Positions 36,656-46,964 of a DNA stretch of 64,000 bases are shown one piece after another. Below the pieces are notes generated by a model. That model had not been told where the DNA came from, searched no databases, and was given only the letters and a program-made list of their open reading frames with translations. Each line of letters begins with the position of its first letter. Positions within the stretch are counted from its first letter, which is position 1. Origin of the DNA: a virus; the IMG/VR virus record IMGVR_UViG_3300025127_000013, positions 1 to 64,000 of that record; one strand, written 5' to 3'. The translations under genes were made by a program, and so were the position numbers.

Positions 36656-39600
36656 ATGGCAGAAGAAAAACCATATTCAAGTTCAACATTAGTTCCTGAA
36701 GCATCAGATCCACCAAGCTCTGGGGCTTCACCGTTTCTACCATATCAGGATCCTAACGGCGATGGTCTTCCTGATGTTTGTGATATTGAAGTTGTTCCGT
36801 CTCAGCAAGTTTGTAAAGATTGCATACCTAATCCAAATGCGATTGTAAAAGATTGGCGAAGGTCTGATCAGGATAGTCCATTTTTAAATGCAAAAATATG
36901 TAAATATCAGATTTGCTTTAACACACCAGAGACAACAACAGGTTTCGTTAATGGAATGTCAGAAGAAGAAGCAGATCGTGCCCTTAATGATTTGTATGAA
37001 AAGTATGCTGAGCCAGCACTTATAGCCTTATTGGAGGGTTTTCAGAAAGACACCGGTGCCGGAATAGTGTCTCAAGTTTTGCCGGCATTAGAATACACCG
37101 GCTATGATTTAGATACACGACCAAGCTCAAGACTAAAACTATTGTATTCTGTAAATTTTTCTCAAATATTTTCTTTACCAGATGAAGATTTGAGCGAAGA
37201 AGACGATCAAGCTGATTCAGAAGAAGATATAACAGTTACCTATGAAGCTTCTGATATGGTCACAACTAACATTAGAGTTAGAAAAGGTTTAAATCTTTAT
37301 GGAAGATTTTATAAAGTTGGCCGTGCTGTTGAAGGCAAAAAAATACGTGTTAAGGAAACAAACAAGCTTTTTGATTTTGAAAAATACGGTGATAGTGCAC
37401 TATTCACTGGAAAGTCTCCTGTTGGGGCATGTTTGCGAGACTTGGATGCATGGCTTAACAGCCGGGGTTATAATATAACTGGCATCGGAAATATATTTAA
37501 TGGTTTTGGCGATGATAAAGTTATAAAATTAGATTTTATATTCTCAGCAAAATATAAATTAAAAAAATTAAAAGTATATACCGAAGGTTGCGGTACAAAT
37601 AAGCCCGATGCTACCTATGGCCGCAAGAAACTTAAAGGACTAAATGCAAAAGATTCTTGGAAAGATCCAACTGCGGTGGCATATTTTGCTAAAATGAAAA
37701 GTATTGAACAAGACTTGAGTGCAAGAGTTCCAATGCCATTTGAAGAATTTGTTGTAAAGCACACATACCCGGAAGTATTAATTGATGCTTCCAGATCTGG
37801 AGGTGCAACATCAGAGCGAACTATAGCAAGCTGTGTGGGTGATGCACTAATAAACGATGCTAAAGAGCTTGGTCAAGATATATTTGATGATGTGTTTAGC
37901 TTGGCGGATGCAATTGCTTATAAATTTCACAAAAACTTATGTCAATCAGATCCAACTAAAGTTGATGAAGAGGCAATATTAAAAGGTCTTAACATCGGCG
38001 GCCCCGCGGGCCCAACATCTGATGTATATAGCATGGCTAAAAACCAAGCCCTTAAAGAAGTTAAATCACAAGACTCAGCCTTTGCTGAGCTATGTTTTAG
38101 GATGATATCTATTGGCACATCTGGAGTTGCATGTGGTCTATCACCATTGCAACAACTTGATCAGATGTATGCGGAAGGACTTGATAGGGCTGGCATATGT
38201 GGTCTTATGGATTTGTTTTTAGAAGCACTCCAGTGTTTATTTAAAGGCTTGACACTAGAAGAGGCACTTGCATCAATTGTTCGAGCAGCTTTAAATGCCA
38301 TGGGTGTAAGACAGATTGGTGAATTGTTCATTGGATTGCCACCCGAAAAACAAGTCGAACTAGAAAGAGTGGTAAATCAAAAACTAGAATCAGGCGATAT
38401 TTTTGCTGCAGGTTCACCCGGACAATCTACATCTGATATACTTGCTGGTAAACAAAATGCACCAGATCCTGTAATCCTTAAAAAGTTTAAAAATAAAAAG
38501 CCATGGGAAGATAAAGGCTATGTTGAAAGGGAAGAAAGAAATAAAAGATCTGATAACTACGGTAATATGGTTGCATCAAAAGCTCCCGGCCGCCCCGCTG
38601 ATGACAGTAGAGAAAGAAGAACTATTGGTCAAAAATTAGAATCACCTCTTGGTGATGATTATCAAACTAACAATGTAATTTTAAATGCTTACATTGAAGC
38701 AATTATGGAAGTTTATCAAGATAACTATCTTGAATTAATAGACTTTTTAAATAAGTTTCCCGGTGCTAAATTAATAACAAATGTCATTGCATTTATGGAT
38801 TGTCCAACACCACCTCTTTTCAACCCCGGATTTGATGACTTCTTTAAAAGTTTGCAGTTGCCATTCTGCAGAAGTATTGCAGCCCCTACTTTTCCAAGAT
38901 GGGAGAATCCATTTCTTTACATACCAAAACTCACAGATATACTGAAAGCTATTTTTGCTGCCCTTAAAAAATTAGTTCTTTGTATCATTATGAAGGTCAT
39001 TGTAACTATACTTTCTAAGGTGTGTGAAATTATTGGTGATGCTATTTGTAAAGCCATTGAGCTAGCTGGCAAGGTAACAGCCGGCTTACTCACAGGAAAT
39101 ACAGATCTGGCCGGTATTCTTAGAGAAACAATTTGCGGCCCGGATGCTTCAGATGAACAGATTAATGCTACCGCTCTAGATTTAATGGCTAATTTTGGGG
39201 TTGGCGGTGCTGCATTCTCCGATCCTGAAAGGACAACCGCATTCTTTGGAGATGTTATCAATAACTCGAATCGACAAGAGGGACTGCAACTTATGATTGA
39301 TGGCCCCAGTGATGATCAAATAAGAATTGCGGATACACTGCTGGAAGAAGAATATCAAGAATTCCGAGAGGCTTTACCCAACCGCTCTTCAATTAGATCA
39401 ATGTTTGAGGGTATATCAAATGTTGTGCCGGAAAGAAACAAAGATGAAATTAGGGCCGCTCTTGAAATGTCAGCCGATGAGCTTCTGCTACCAGCGAACC
39501 CTACCATTTGTGCAACTCCTGAAGATATTGAAAACTTTGAAAAGGTTAGATGCGATTTATTGGCTGGAAGAATGTCACCAGAACAGTGTAAAGCTCAATC

Positions 39601-42600
39601 TGACCGTGCTAGAGATCAATTGTTAGAGGATGCAAACGACATACAAAGAGTTATTAATGAAGGATTTGGTTCAGCACTTGAAAATGAAATGCCTCCTCTC
39701 TTTTCAGATCCGGGTTGTGAAAATGGATTACTGCCATTTGAACCTGAAGAATCAATAAAAACCGCAACAGGTGCTTTAAAAGGTGACATGGAAAGTCTAC
39801 AGATTGCTTTTACGGACGATATGCTCGGTAATGGTGGTTTGTTTGCTAGTGATGATGACTGGGGTATGATTAACATGATATTGTCAGATACATTTGCTAA
39901 TCCTTATACGGCACACCAAAGAAAAACTGCTAATAGTAGAAGGTTTGTAGATTTTTATCTTCCCGAAGAAGATGATGATGATGGCAATATTGCTAGTGAG
40001 AAAAAACAAAAAGGTGCATATCCACAATATGTTGCTGAGTGGTTAAAATATCAATTCCAAGGCTCTAACGAGGTGCTTGATTTAAAATCTTCGTTTATAG
40101 GTGGTTTTAAGGGTACAAACGATGTGCAAGAGTTGGAAGTAAATAGAATATCATTTTCCGATTTAGGATTTGAAGGCTTGTTTGATACTGATGTCAACTT
40201 AGTAGAGTTACAAGACTATGGATATAATGTAAATTATAATGTTAATTATGAAAAAGATTTAGTTGCAATAAGACGAGCCCCCCGTAAAAAAACTGCTGAT
40301 ATTACTATGAAGTTTAGAGATAATGCTAAGGGTTACAGGAGTGCTCCCAATGGTGAACCCTCGTATGGTTTTAATCTTAAAGCATATTATTCGGACATAC
40401 AAGAAGTGGATCGAGAAGACCGTCAAGGTTTCTTTAATATACCAAATGACAATATCAGAGTCGTAGTTGACGAAGCAGTGTTTGATGATGCTCAAACTAA
40501 TACATCCGATCTCGTTAAACTTAATCCAGACTTACCAGTTGTTACTGCTACTACCACCTTTGAAGCTGATGCCCTAGTTTATCAGAAGTATGAGTTTTTT
40601 GCTATCGACCCAACATTTGAAAATTTAGAAGTTGATAGAACTGAATTTTCTCAACTGTTTGACTCGTTTAGCGACTCAGTTAAAAGATATTCTCCACAAG
40701 TATATGCTCTTTCTGATATGACTGGAATAGGCCCGCAACAATGTAAGGCATTATACGATTCAAACAATACAAAACTTTTTAAAGAAATAGCAAAAGAAAT
40801 CGGTAACAATGAAGAAGCATGGCAATATGGTGCTGAATTTGATGGATTGATGGAAGAAGATTTTGATTACGGAGTCATTGTTGACGGTGAATTTGTTGAG
40901 TACAAAGATCATGAAGTTCAGGAATATGATGACGACGGAAATCGAGACGGAACACGATCAGTTAAAAATAGTGATTCGCTTCTAGGAGTATCCAGAGATG
41001 CTTATAAAAATAGGGATAATCCAGATAAAATCAGAGTCCATTACCTAAACCCTGCTCAATTTGGTAATTCGTATATGTCTCCTTCTCTTTATGTCAAGCC
41101 CCTAAAAAACAAGGGTTGGCTTGGAGCTGTTAATCTTATCTTTCCTGAGTATTCTCCATGTAAGCCAAGAGAAAATAATTTAATTTCATTTGATACAATT
41201 AAACAAAAAATTGATCAAGTATATCCAAGAATACCAGAGGACAAAAGACTTAAGAGTGATCCAGACTGTGTAACTGAAATGCCATTCAATAGAATATTGT
41301 CTAGACCCTCTCGTGCTGGCTTAGAAGCTTTGGTAACTGCCACCATTAGAATTTTCACGAGTGTAAGTTATATTAAAAGCATGCCAACTTTCTTAACATT
41401 TGCACCCAAGTTTGATCAAAATTACAGTAACATATATGCCTCATACATTATTGAACTTATTGAAGAATCATGTAAGGAAGCCGGAAGTAATTTCCTTAGT
41501 CCATTTAAGGATGATGAATTTTGGTATGCATTCTTAGAACAAGCAGTACAAGTTTACAGCAGAAGATTAGATGACGATTTAGATGATAGTATTACCCCAG
41601 AGACCGTCCCAGAACATGTAAGAGAGGCGATAGAAAAAATTAATGATATGCAAGAGAATTATAATTATCCATCCCGAGATGATTTCAAGGATGCACCCTC
41701 CGAAGAGAAAAGTCTTTTCCAATCACTTAAAAGCTTTAGAGAAGAAAAAAATCTTGAGGCTGTTCAGAGAATGGAAGAGCCTGCAAAGTTTATTCTGACA
41801 GAATTAGTAAGAGAACAACTTGAATTTGTCGGTGGTCTTTTTTCAACAAACATTAAAGAAGCTGGATTTACACCAAAAGTAATTAATAATGATTATTATC
41901 TTCTTGAAAAATTTGCTGCTGGTGCTAATGGTTTAGATTTGGCAAAAGCTATAAGCTTCGTTGATAGAGTCGATAATTCAGAATTAGAAAGTATAATAGA
42001 ATCAGAAGGCAGCGGTTATACAACTGGTGGTCTGTTCACATTACCAGATGGCACACCATATGTTGGTGACTATCATGTACATGTTGGTGCCGACGGCAAT
42101 CCAGTTTTCATGGTTGGAGAGTATCATGTTACCTCTGATCATGATGTTTTAATCCCGTATGCTAATAATCTTAAAGTTGGCTACAAAGACATCAACGGCA
42201 ATGTGCAAAATATCGGTGATATATCAAACTATAACGATGCTATCGATCCCGCTGGCAAAATGTTTTACATAAAGAAGTTTGTATCGATTAATGGTGTTCG
42301 TCAAAATGTCCAAACTGCTGAAAATACTATTAGATCAAGAGGTACGGCTAATATTTCAACCTACTATCCCGGCAGTATGCGAGTGGTTAGAGAGCCAACA
42401 AGCAGTAGAGTAGTTGGGATTGAAGGAGACTTAGGGGTACAACATGGGATAGAATTTGGAATCATTAATAATGGAAGCCAAGTAAAGATTACCGACGTAC
42501 TAATAAATGCTTTAGATTTGCCCGTAAATGAATTTGAAGGACCAAGAGCAAATAGTAAACTTCTGTTGTGTTTGGTGGATAATCTTAGAGATGATGTAAA

Positions 42601-43126
42601 ATTTAGAATGATAGTTGATTACATTTTTTCAATGAAAAAAGCACTTTCATTGAATGCCATTTACAACGATATTGGTTTGTTGCCGTCAGTTGGGGAATTC
42701 ACTGTTGAAAATAATGATTACAAGTCATCGACTCTTTCCAAAAAGCCCGGAGTGAGAGCCGATATCGGAACAGATGCGGACGGTAATAATCAGGTTGTAG
42801 TTAATGCCACTCCGGGCTGGGCCCATGAATCTGACAGGAATGGCTTCTTTGCAAGTCCTTTTTACAAAAAATGGGATGAGTGGGATCAAATCTTACTTAG
42901 AAAATCAACTAAAAGAATAAAAAAATTATTCAAACCGTATTATACAAAAAGAAAGTTTGAGGTGGAAGATGATACGGATGCCGGACCCGGCGAACAATTC
43001 TTAAGTATAACCAAATCTAGGTTTACTCCAGTGCCCGGCGGTAATAAACTTTCTTGGTTTAAAAGAAGAAAGCTTAAACCAAACCCGTTTGATAGCAATG
43101 GACAACTCTGCAAAAAACCCAATTAA
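36656..43126 (+). CDS. Large (2156 aa) virion structural protein
   Basis: Intact long ORF in the baseplate module; N-terminal DPNGDGLPDVCD Ca-binding-like motif. Confidence 0.75.
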   Translation: MAEEKPYSSSTLVPEASDPPSSGASPFLPYQDPNGDGLPDVCDIEVVPSQQVCKDCIPNPNAIVKDWRRSDQDSPFLNAKICKYQICFNTPETTTGFVNGMSEEEADRALNDLYEKYAEPALIALLEGFQKDTGAGIVSQVLPALEYTGYDLDTRPSSRLKLLYSVNFSQIFSLPDEDLSEEDDQADSEEDITVTYEASDMVTTNIRVRKGLNLYGRFYKVGRAVEGKKIRVKETNKLFDFEKYGDSALFTGKSPVGACLRDLDAWLNSRGYNITGIGNIFNGFGDDKVIKLDFIFSAKYKLKKLKVYTEGCGTNKPDATYGRKKLKGLNAKDSWKDPTAVAYFAKMKSIEQDLSARVPMPFEEFVVKHTYPEVLIDASRSGGATSERTIASCVGDALINDAKELGQDIFDDVFSLADAIAYKFHKNLCQSDPTKVDEEAILKGLNIGGPAGPTSDVYSMAKNQALKEVKSQDSAFAELCFRMISIGTSGVACGLSPLQQLDQMYAEGLDRAGICGLMDLFLEALQCLFKGLTLEEALASIVRAALNAMGVRQIGELFIGLPPEKQVELERVVNQKLESGDIFAAGSPGQSTSDILAGKQNAPDPVILKKFKNKKPWEDKGYVEREERNKRSDNYGNMVASKAPGRPADDSRERRTIGQKLESPLGDDYQTNNVILNAYIEAIMEVYQDNYLELIDFLNKFPGAKLITNVIAFMDCPTPPLFNPGFDDFFKSLQLPFCRSIAAPTFPRWENPFLYIPKLTDILKAIFAALKKLVLCIIMKVIVTILSKVCEIIGDAICKAIELAGKVTAGLLTGNTDLAGILRETICGPDASDEQINATALDLMANFGVGGAAFSDPERTTAFFGDVINNSNRQEGLQLMIDGPSDDQIRIADTLLEEEYQEFREALPNRSSIRSMFEGISNVVPERNKDEIRAALEMSADELLLPANPTICATPEDIENFEKVRCDLLAGRMSPEQCKAQSDRARDQLLEDANDIQRVINEGFGSALENEMPPLFSDPGCENGLLPFEPEESIKTATGALKGDMESLQIAFTDDMLGNGGLFASDDDWGMINMILSDTFANPYTAHQRKTANSRRFVDFYLPEEDDDDGNIASEKKQKGAYPQYVAEWLKYQFQGSNEVLDLKSSFIGGFKGTNDVQELEVNRISFSDLGFEGLFDTDVNLVELQDYGYNVNYNVNYEKDLVAIRRAPRKKTADITMKFRDNAKGYRSAPNGEPSYGFNLKAYYSDIQEVDREDRQGFFNIPNDNIRVVVDEAVFDDAQTNTSDLVKLNPDLPVVTATTTFEADALVYQKYEFFAIDPTFENLEVDRTEFSQLFDSFSDSVKRYSPQVYALSDMTGIGPQQCKALYDSNNTKLFKEIAKEIGNNEEAWQYGAEFDGLMEEDFDYGVIVDGEFVEYKDHEVQEYDDDGNRDGTRSVKNSDSLLGVSRDAYKNRDNPDKIRVHYLNPAQFGNSYMSPSLYVKPLKNKGWLGAVNLIFPEYSPCKPRENNLISFDTIKQKIDQVYPRIPEDKRLKSDPDCVTEMPFNRILSRPSRAGLEALVTATIRIFTSVSYIKSMPTFLTFAPKFDQNYSNIYASYIIELIEESCKEAGSNFLSPFKDDEFWYAFLEQAVQVYSRRLDDDLDDSITPETVPEHVREAIEKINDMQENYNYPSRDDFKDAPSEEKSLFQSLKSFREEKNLEAVQRMEEPAKFILTELVREQLEFVGGLFSTNIKEAGFTPKVINNDYYLLEKFAAGANGLDLAKAISFVDRVDNSELESIIESEGSGYTTGGLFTLPDGTPYVGDYHVHVGADGNPVFMVGEYHVTSDHDVLIPYANNLKVGYKDINGNVQNIGDISNYNDAIDPAGKMFYIKKFVSINGVRQNVQTAENTIRSRGTANISTYYPGSMRVVREPTSSRVVGIEGDLGVQHGIEFGIINNGSQVKITDVLINALDLPVNEFEGPRANSKLLLCLVDNLRDDVKFRMIVDYIFSMKKALSLNAIYNDIGLLPSVGEFTVENNDYKSSTLSKKPGVRADIGTDADGNNQVVVNATPGWAHESDRNGFFASPFYKKWDEWDQILLRKSTKRIKKLFKPYYTKRKFEVEDDTDAGPGEQFLSITKSRFTPVPGGNKLSWFKRRKLKPNPFDSNGQLCKKPN

Positions 43127-43153
43127 GTATATTTAGTACTGTAGGATAACAAT

Positions 43154-43522
43154 ATGTCTTCGTTAGCAATAAAATTACCCTTGATAAGAGACGATGCCGA
43201 CGGCTTTGAAACAGTAAAATCATTTCGTAATTTAGTAAAGCAAAATTTTAAAATGTTACTGTTGACTGATCGCGGTGAAAGAGTAATGGAACCCAACTAC
43301 GGTGTTGGATTAAAAAAATATTTATTTGAGAATTTTGATCAGTCTACTTTTTCAAGAATTGAAACAGATATACTTGAGCAAGTATCAATATACATGCCAA
43401 TAGTAGCAATACAAGAAATATCTTTTCAACCATCGGATCAATTCAGCAATAGATTGAACATTAAAATAGCATATGCCATACCTGAGATTGCTGTGAAAGA
43501 TTTGCTACAATTTACTATTTAA
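43154..43522 (+). CDS. Baseplate wedge protein, gp25-like
   Basis: VKQNFKMLLLTDRGERVMEPNYGVGLKKYLFE. Confidence 0.9.
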   Translation: MSSLAIKLPLIRDDADGFETVKSFRNLVKQNFKMLLLTDRGERVMEPNYGVGLKKYLFENFDQSTFSRIETDILEQVSIYMPIVAIQEISFQPSDQFSNRLNIKIAYAIPEIAVKDLLQFTI

Positions 43523-43536
43523 ATTGAGGATTTAGA

Positions 43537-45333
43537 ATGCCAAAGAAACAAAAAGACCTTTTACCGATTGATTATACCCATAGAGAATTCTCAACCATCC
43601 AGCAAGACTTGATTGAAATAGCTGAAAGATTTTATCCTGATACATTTCAAGACTTTAGCGAAGGCTCTTTTGGTGCTCTTATGATTGATGCCGTTTCATA
43701 TGTTGGCGATCAACTTTCATTTTACATGGATTACAATGTTAATGAATCTTTCATGGACACTGCTTTTCAGTATTCCAATATTGTCCGACATGGCCGTGCA
43801 CTCGGATATAAGTTTGAAGGTCGTCCATCAACATATGGCACGGTTGCTTTGTACATTCTAGTCCCTGCTTCCTCAATCGGAATTGGCCCTGACAGAGATT
43901 ATTTGCCACTATTAAAAAGAGGCAGTACATTTGGAACAACAACTGGATTAAGTTTTATTCTAACTGAAAATGTAGATTTTTCTAATTCAAGAAATTTATT
44001 CGTTGTAGCTAGAAATGATGAAACCACAGGGGCCCCAACATTCTATGCAGTTAAAGCATACGGAAATGTAGTCTCTGGTCAGTTCGGTCAAGAAAGAGTA
44101 ACTATTGGAGCTTTTGAAAAATTCAAAAGAATTACACTTGAAGCTGATAATGTGTCAGAGATAATTTCTGTTTTCGATACTGAAGGTAATCAATATTATG
44201 AAGTTGATTACTTGGCTCAAGACACAATATTTAAGGAAATACAAAACCCAAACTTTAAAAATGATAATGTTCCATCGATTATTAAACCGTTCTTGGTTTC
44301 AAGAAAATTTATAACTCAGTTTAATAGAAACCAAATTACACTACAATTTGGTAGTGGAAAGTTTAACCAGTCAAATATTGTGGAAAATCCACAGAATGTG
44401 GCTGTGGATGTTTATGGTAAAAGTTATGTTACTCAAACAACATTTGATCCAAGTCGATTGTCAGAAAATGAAAGTTTCGGTATTGTTCCAGCAAACACAG
44501 AATTAATAATTACATATCGTGCTAATAATCCAACAAATTCTAATGTAGCAGCAGGCAATCTAAATGCTGTTTCCAATTCTAACTTATTTTTTAATGATGA
44601 GCAATCTCTTTCAGCAACAAAATTAAATCAAGTTATTTCATCTCTTGAAGTAGAAAATGAAGAGCCAATTAGTGGCGATATATCTTTACCAACATCAGAT
44701 GAAATAAAACAAAGAATTTACGATACTTTTCCAACTCAAAATCGAGCTGTAACTCAAGTTGATTATGAAAATATCTGTTACAGAATGCCTGTAAAGTTTG
44801 GTTCAATTAAACGAGTTTCAGTGCAGAAAGATGCTGACTCTCAAAAAAGAAATCTAAATTTATATGTTATATCTGAGGATGTAAACGGCAAACTTGTAAC
44901 AAGCAACTCGGTTATCAAAAATAACTTAAAAACTTGGATTAATCAATATAGAATGATTAATGACACTGTAGATATTTTAGATCCATTTGTATTAAATTTT
45001 GGAATTGATTTTGCTGTTCGTGCACAAGAAGCTGCTGAAAAATTTACTGTATTAGAAAGTTGCATTGCTGCCCTCAAAACTAATTTTGAAAAGACATACT
45101 TCATTGGTGAATCTTTATACATAAGTGACATATTTAATGTTTTAAAAGAAGTATCTGGTGTTCAGGATGTCTTAAAAGTGAAAATCAATATGAAAACAGG
45201 CGGAGAGTATTCAACTTCATCGATAGATGTAAACTCTAATTTATCTGGTGATGGTTCACAATTGATAGTGCCGAATAATGCCATTCTAGAATTAAAATTT
45301 CCAGAAGTTGATATTGTAGGAAAAATTAGATAA
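43537..45333 (+). CDS. Baseplate wedge protein, gp6/baseplate J-like
   Basis: IDYTHREF...DFSEGSFG...YVGDQLSFY.D...ESF; QFGSG; QNRAVT..DY. Confidence 0.9.
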   Translation: MPKKQKDLLPIDYTHREFSTIQQDLIEIAERFYPDTFQDFSEGSFGALMIDAVSYVGDQLSFYMDYNVNESFMDTAFQYSNIVRHGRALGYKFEGRPSTYGTVALYILVPASSIGIGPDRDYLPLLKRGSTFGTTTGLSFILTENVDFSNSRNLFVVARNDETTGAPTFYAVKAYGNVVSGQFGQERVTIGAFEKFKRITLEADNVSEIISVFDTEGNQYYEVDYLAQDTIFKEIQNPNFKNDNVPSIIKPFLVSRKFITQFNRNQITLQFGSGKFNQSNIVENPQNVAVDVYGKSYVTQTTFDPSRLSENESFGIVPANTELIITYRANNPTNSNVAAGNLNAVSNSNLFFNDEQSLSATKLNQVISSLEVENEEPISGDISLPTSDEIKQRIYDTFPTQNRAVTQVDYENICYRMPVKFGSIKRVSVQKDADSQKRNLNLYVISEDVNGKLVTSNSVIKNNLKTWINQYRMINDTVDILDPFVLNFGIDFAVRAQEAAEKFTVLESCIAALKTNFEKTYFIGESLYISDIFNVLKEVSGVQDVLKVKINMKTGGEYSTSSIDVNSNLSGDGSQLIVPNNAILELKFPEVDIVGKIR

Positions 45334-46964
45334 TGCCGATTAAAAAGTATTCTGCAAATGCTGACAACACAATAGTAAATGCATTTCAACAAGATTTGCA
45401 AACAAGAGCCACCGGTGCGAATGCAGGTGCCGCTGACATTGTTGAGGTTTATTCAGTTTTTGGTCGCCAAACCAGTGGTTCTCAAGAATTATCAAGAGTA
45501 TTAATGCAGTTCCCTGTAACATCTATTAGTACAGATCGCTCAAATGGTGTCATTCCTGCTTCTGGTTCAGTTAGCTTTTATCTGAGAGTTCACAATGCAG
45601 AGACTTCTAGAACCGTACCGAGAAATATGAAAATGATGGTGCATGCTGTATCGCAGTCATGGCAAGAAGGTGTGGGTCTTGACTTAGAGGGATATAAAGA
45701 TTTAACTAATGGCAATGAAGGCTCTAACTGGATGTCAGCATCAAATTCAACTTTTTGGAAGGATGCTCACGGGATTGTGCTAGCTGGTGGTTCTTACCAT
45801 ACACAATCAGTTCCTAATGCAGATGTAAACACAGAAGTTCATATATTTGATCAAACACTGTCAACAGGTCTAGAAGACCTTGAGATTGACATTACACCAC
45901 TTGTAGAACAATGGATAGATGGCACTTACACAAATTATGGTGTAGGGCTATCTTTAACGGCAAGTCAAGAAGCATTTATCTCTGGAACACTTAACGATGT
46001 TGCTAGCAGAGTTGATAGATTACCAGATCCTGCTGATTCTTCACAAGCTGTTATATACAATCCAAGTGGTTCTACTCTGTCTTTCTATACTAAAAGAATG
46101 TTTGCTAGAGGGACAGAGTTTTTCTTTAAGAAGCCTGCAATTGAAGCAAGATGGAATAATGTAAAAAGAGATGACAGAGCTAATTTTTATTATAGCAGTT
46201 CTTTAGCTTCTGGCCCAGATAATCTTAATACACTTTATCTCTACAATTATGTGCGAGGTAGACTTGCTAATATTCCTGAAATCGGAACAACCGGCTCAAT
46301 CATGGTTAGTCTTTACTCTGGATCGGCTGATAACTCCGGTCCATCTGGTTCTAGACTAGTCCTGTTCGACGGACAGACTAGTATTACAGGTGGCTATGTA
46401 GCAACTGGTATTTACAGTTGTTCGTTGGCAATTACAGCCGCTGCAACCCCAATACAAACTCTTTACGATGTCTGGCACAGTGGCTCAATGAAAACAGAGC
46501 ATTCGCCCACCAAAGAGTTTTCAACTGGCTCTATTAGGCCGCAACTATTAACGGCTGCTGAGACTGTAGATAAAACAAAACACTTTATTAATATTACAAA
46601 CTTAGAGAACGAATATTCTAAGAATGAGACAGCTAGGTTTAACTTGTACATCAGAAATAAAAATTGGTCTCCAACTATTTATGTTAAGGCAAAGGAGAAT
46701 CCACCACATTCACCAATCATAAGTGCTTCATATCGAGTATTTAGAACTTTTGATGCACTTGAAGTTATACCCCACAATACAGGTAGTGATTTTGCTACTG
46801 GTTTATCATACGATGTATCTGGAAACTACTTTAATCTCGATATGAAATTGCTACAACCCGGATTTGAATATGGATTTAAGTTTGCTTTTTACGATCAAGA
46901 ATTTAATTCTTGGCAAGAACAAGACAAAATATTCAAATTTAGAGTGTTAAACGATGAGTACTAA
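45333..46964 (+). CDS. Baseplate/tail structural protein (DNRLRE-like N-terminal domain)
   Basis: ADNTI...SRVLMQF...SWQEGVG...SNW...DLEIDITPLVEQW...NYG pattern. Confidence 0.65.
   Translation: MPIKKYSANADNTIVNAFQQDLQTRATGANAGAADIVEVYSVFGRQTSGSQELSRVLMQFPVTSISTDRSNGVIPASGSVSFYLRVHNAETSRTVPRNMKMMVHAVSQSWQEGVGLDLEGYKDLTNGNEGSNWMSASNSTFWKDAHGIVLAGGSYHTQSVPNADVNTEVHIFDQTLSTGLEDLEIDITPLVEQWIDGTYTNYGVGLSLTASQEAFISGTLNDVASRVDRLPDPADSSQAVIYNPSGSTLSFYTKRMFARGTEFFFKKPAIEARWNNVKRDDRANFYYSSSLASGPDNLNTLYLYNYVRGRLANIPEIGTTGSIMVSLYSGSADNSGPSGSRLVLFDGQTSITGGYVATGIYSCSLAITAAATPIQTLYDVWHSGSMKTEHSPTKEFSTGSIRPQLLTAAETVDKTKHFINITNLENEYSKNETARFNLYIRNKNWSPTIYVKAKENPPHSPIISASYRVFRTFDALEVIPHNTGSDFATGLSYDVSGNYFNLDMKLLQPGFEYGFKFAFYDQEFNSWQEQDKIFKFRVLNDEY

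Noticed and set aside
36656-43126. Tape measure protein
   Set aside because: No obvious periodic Ala/Gly-rich helical repeats; many Cys, Pro and aromatic residues; left as unassigned structural protein
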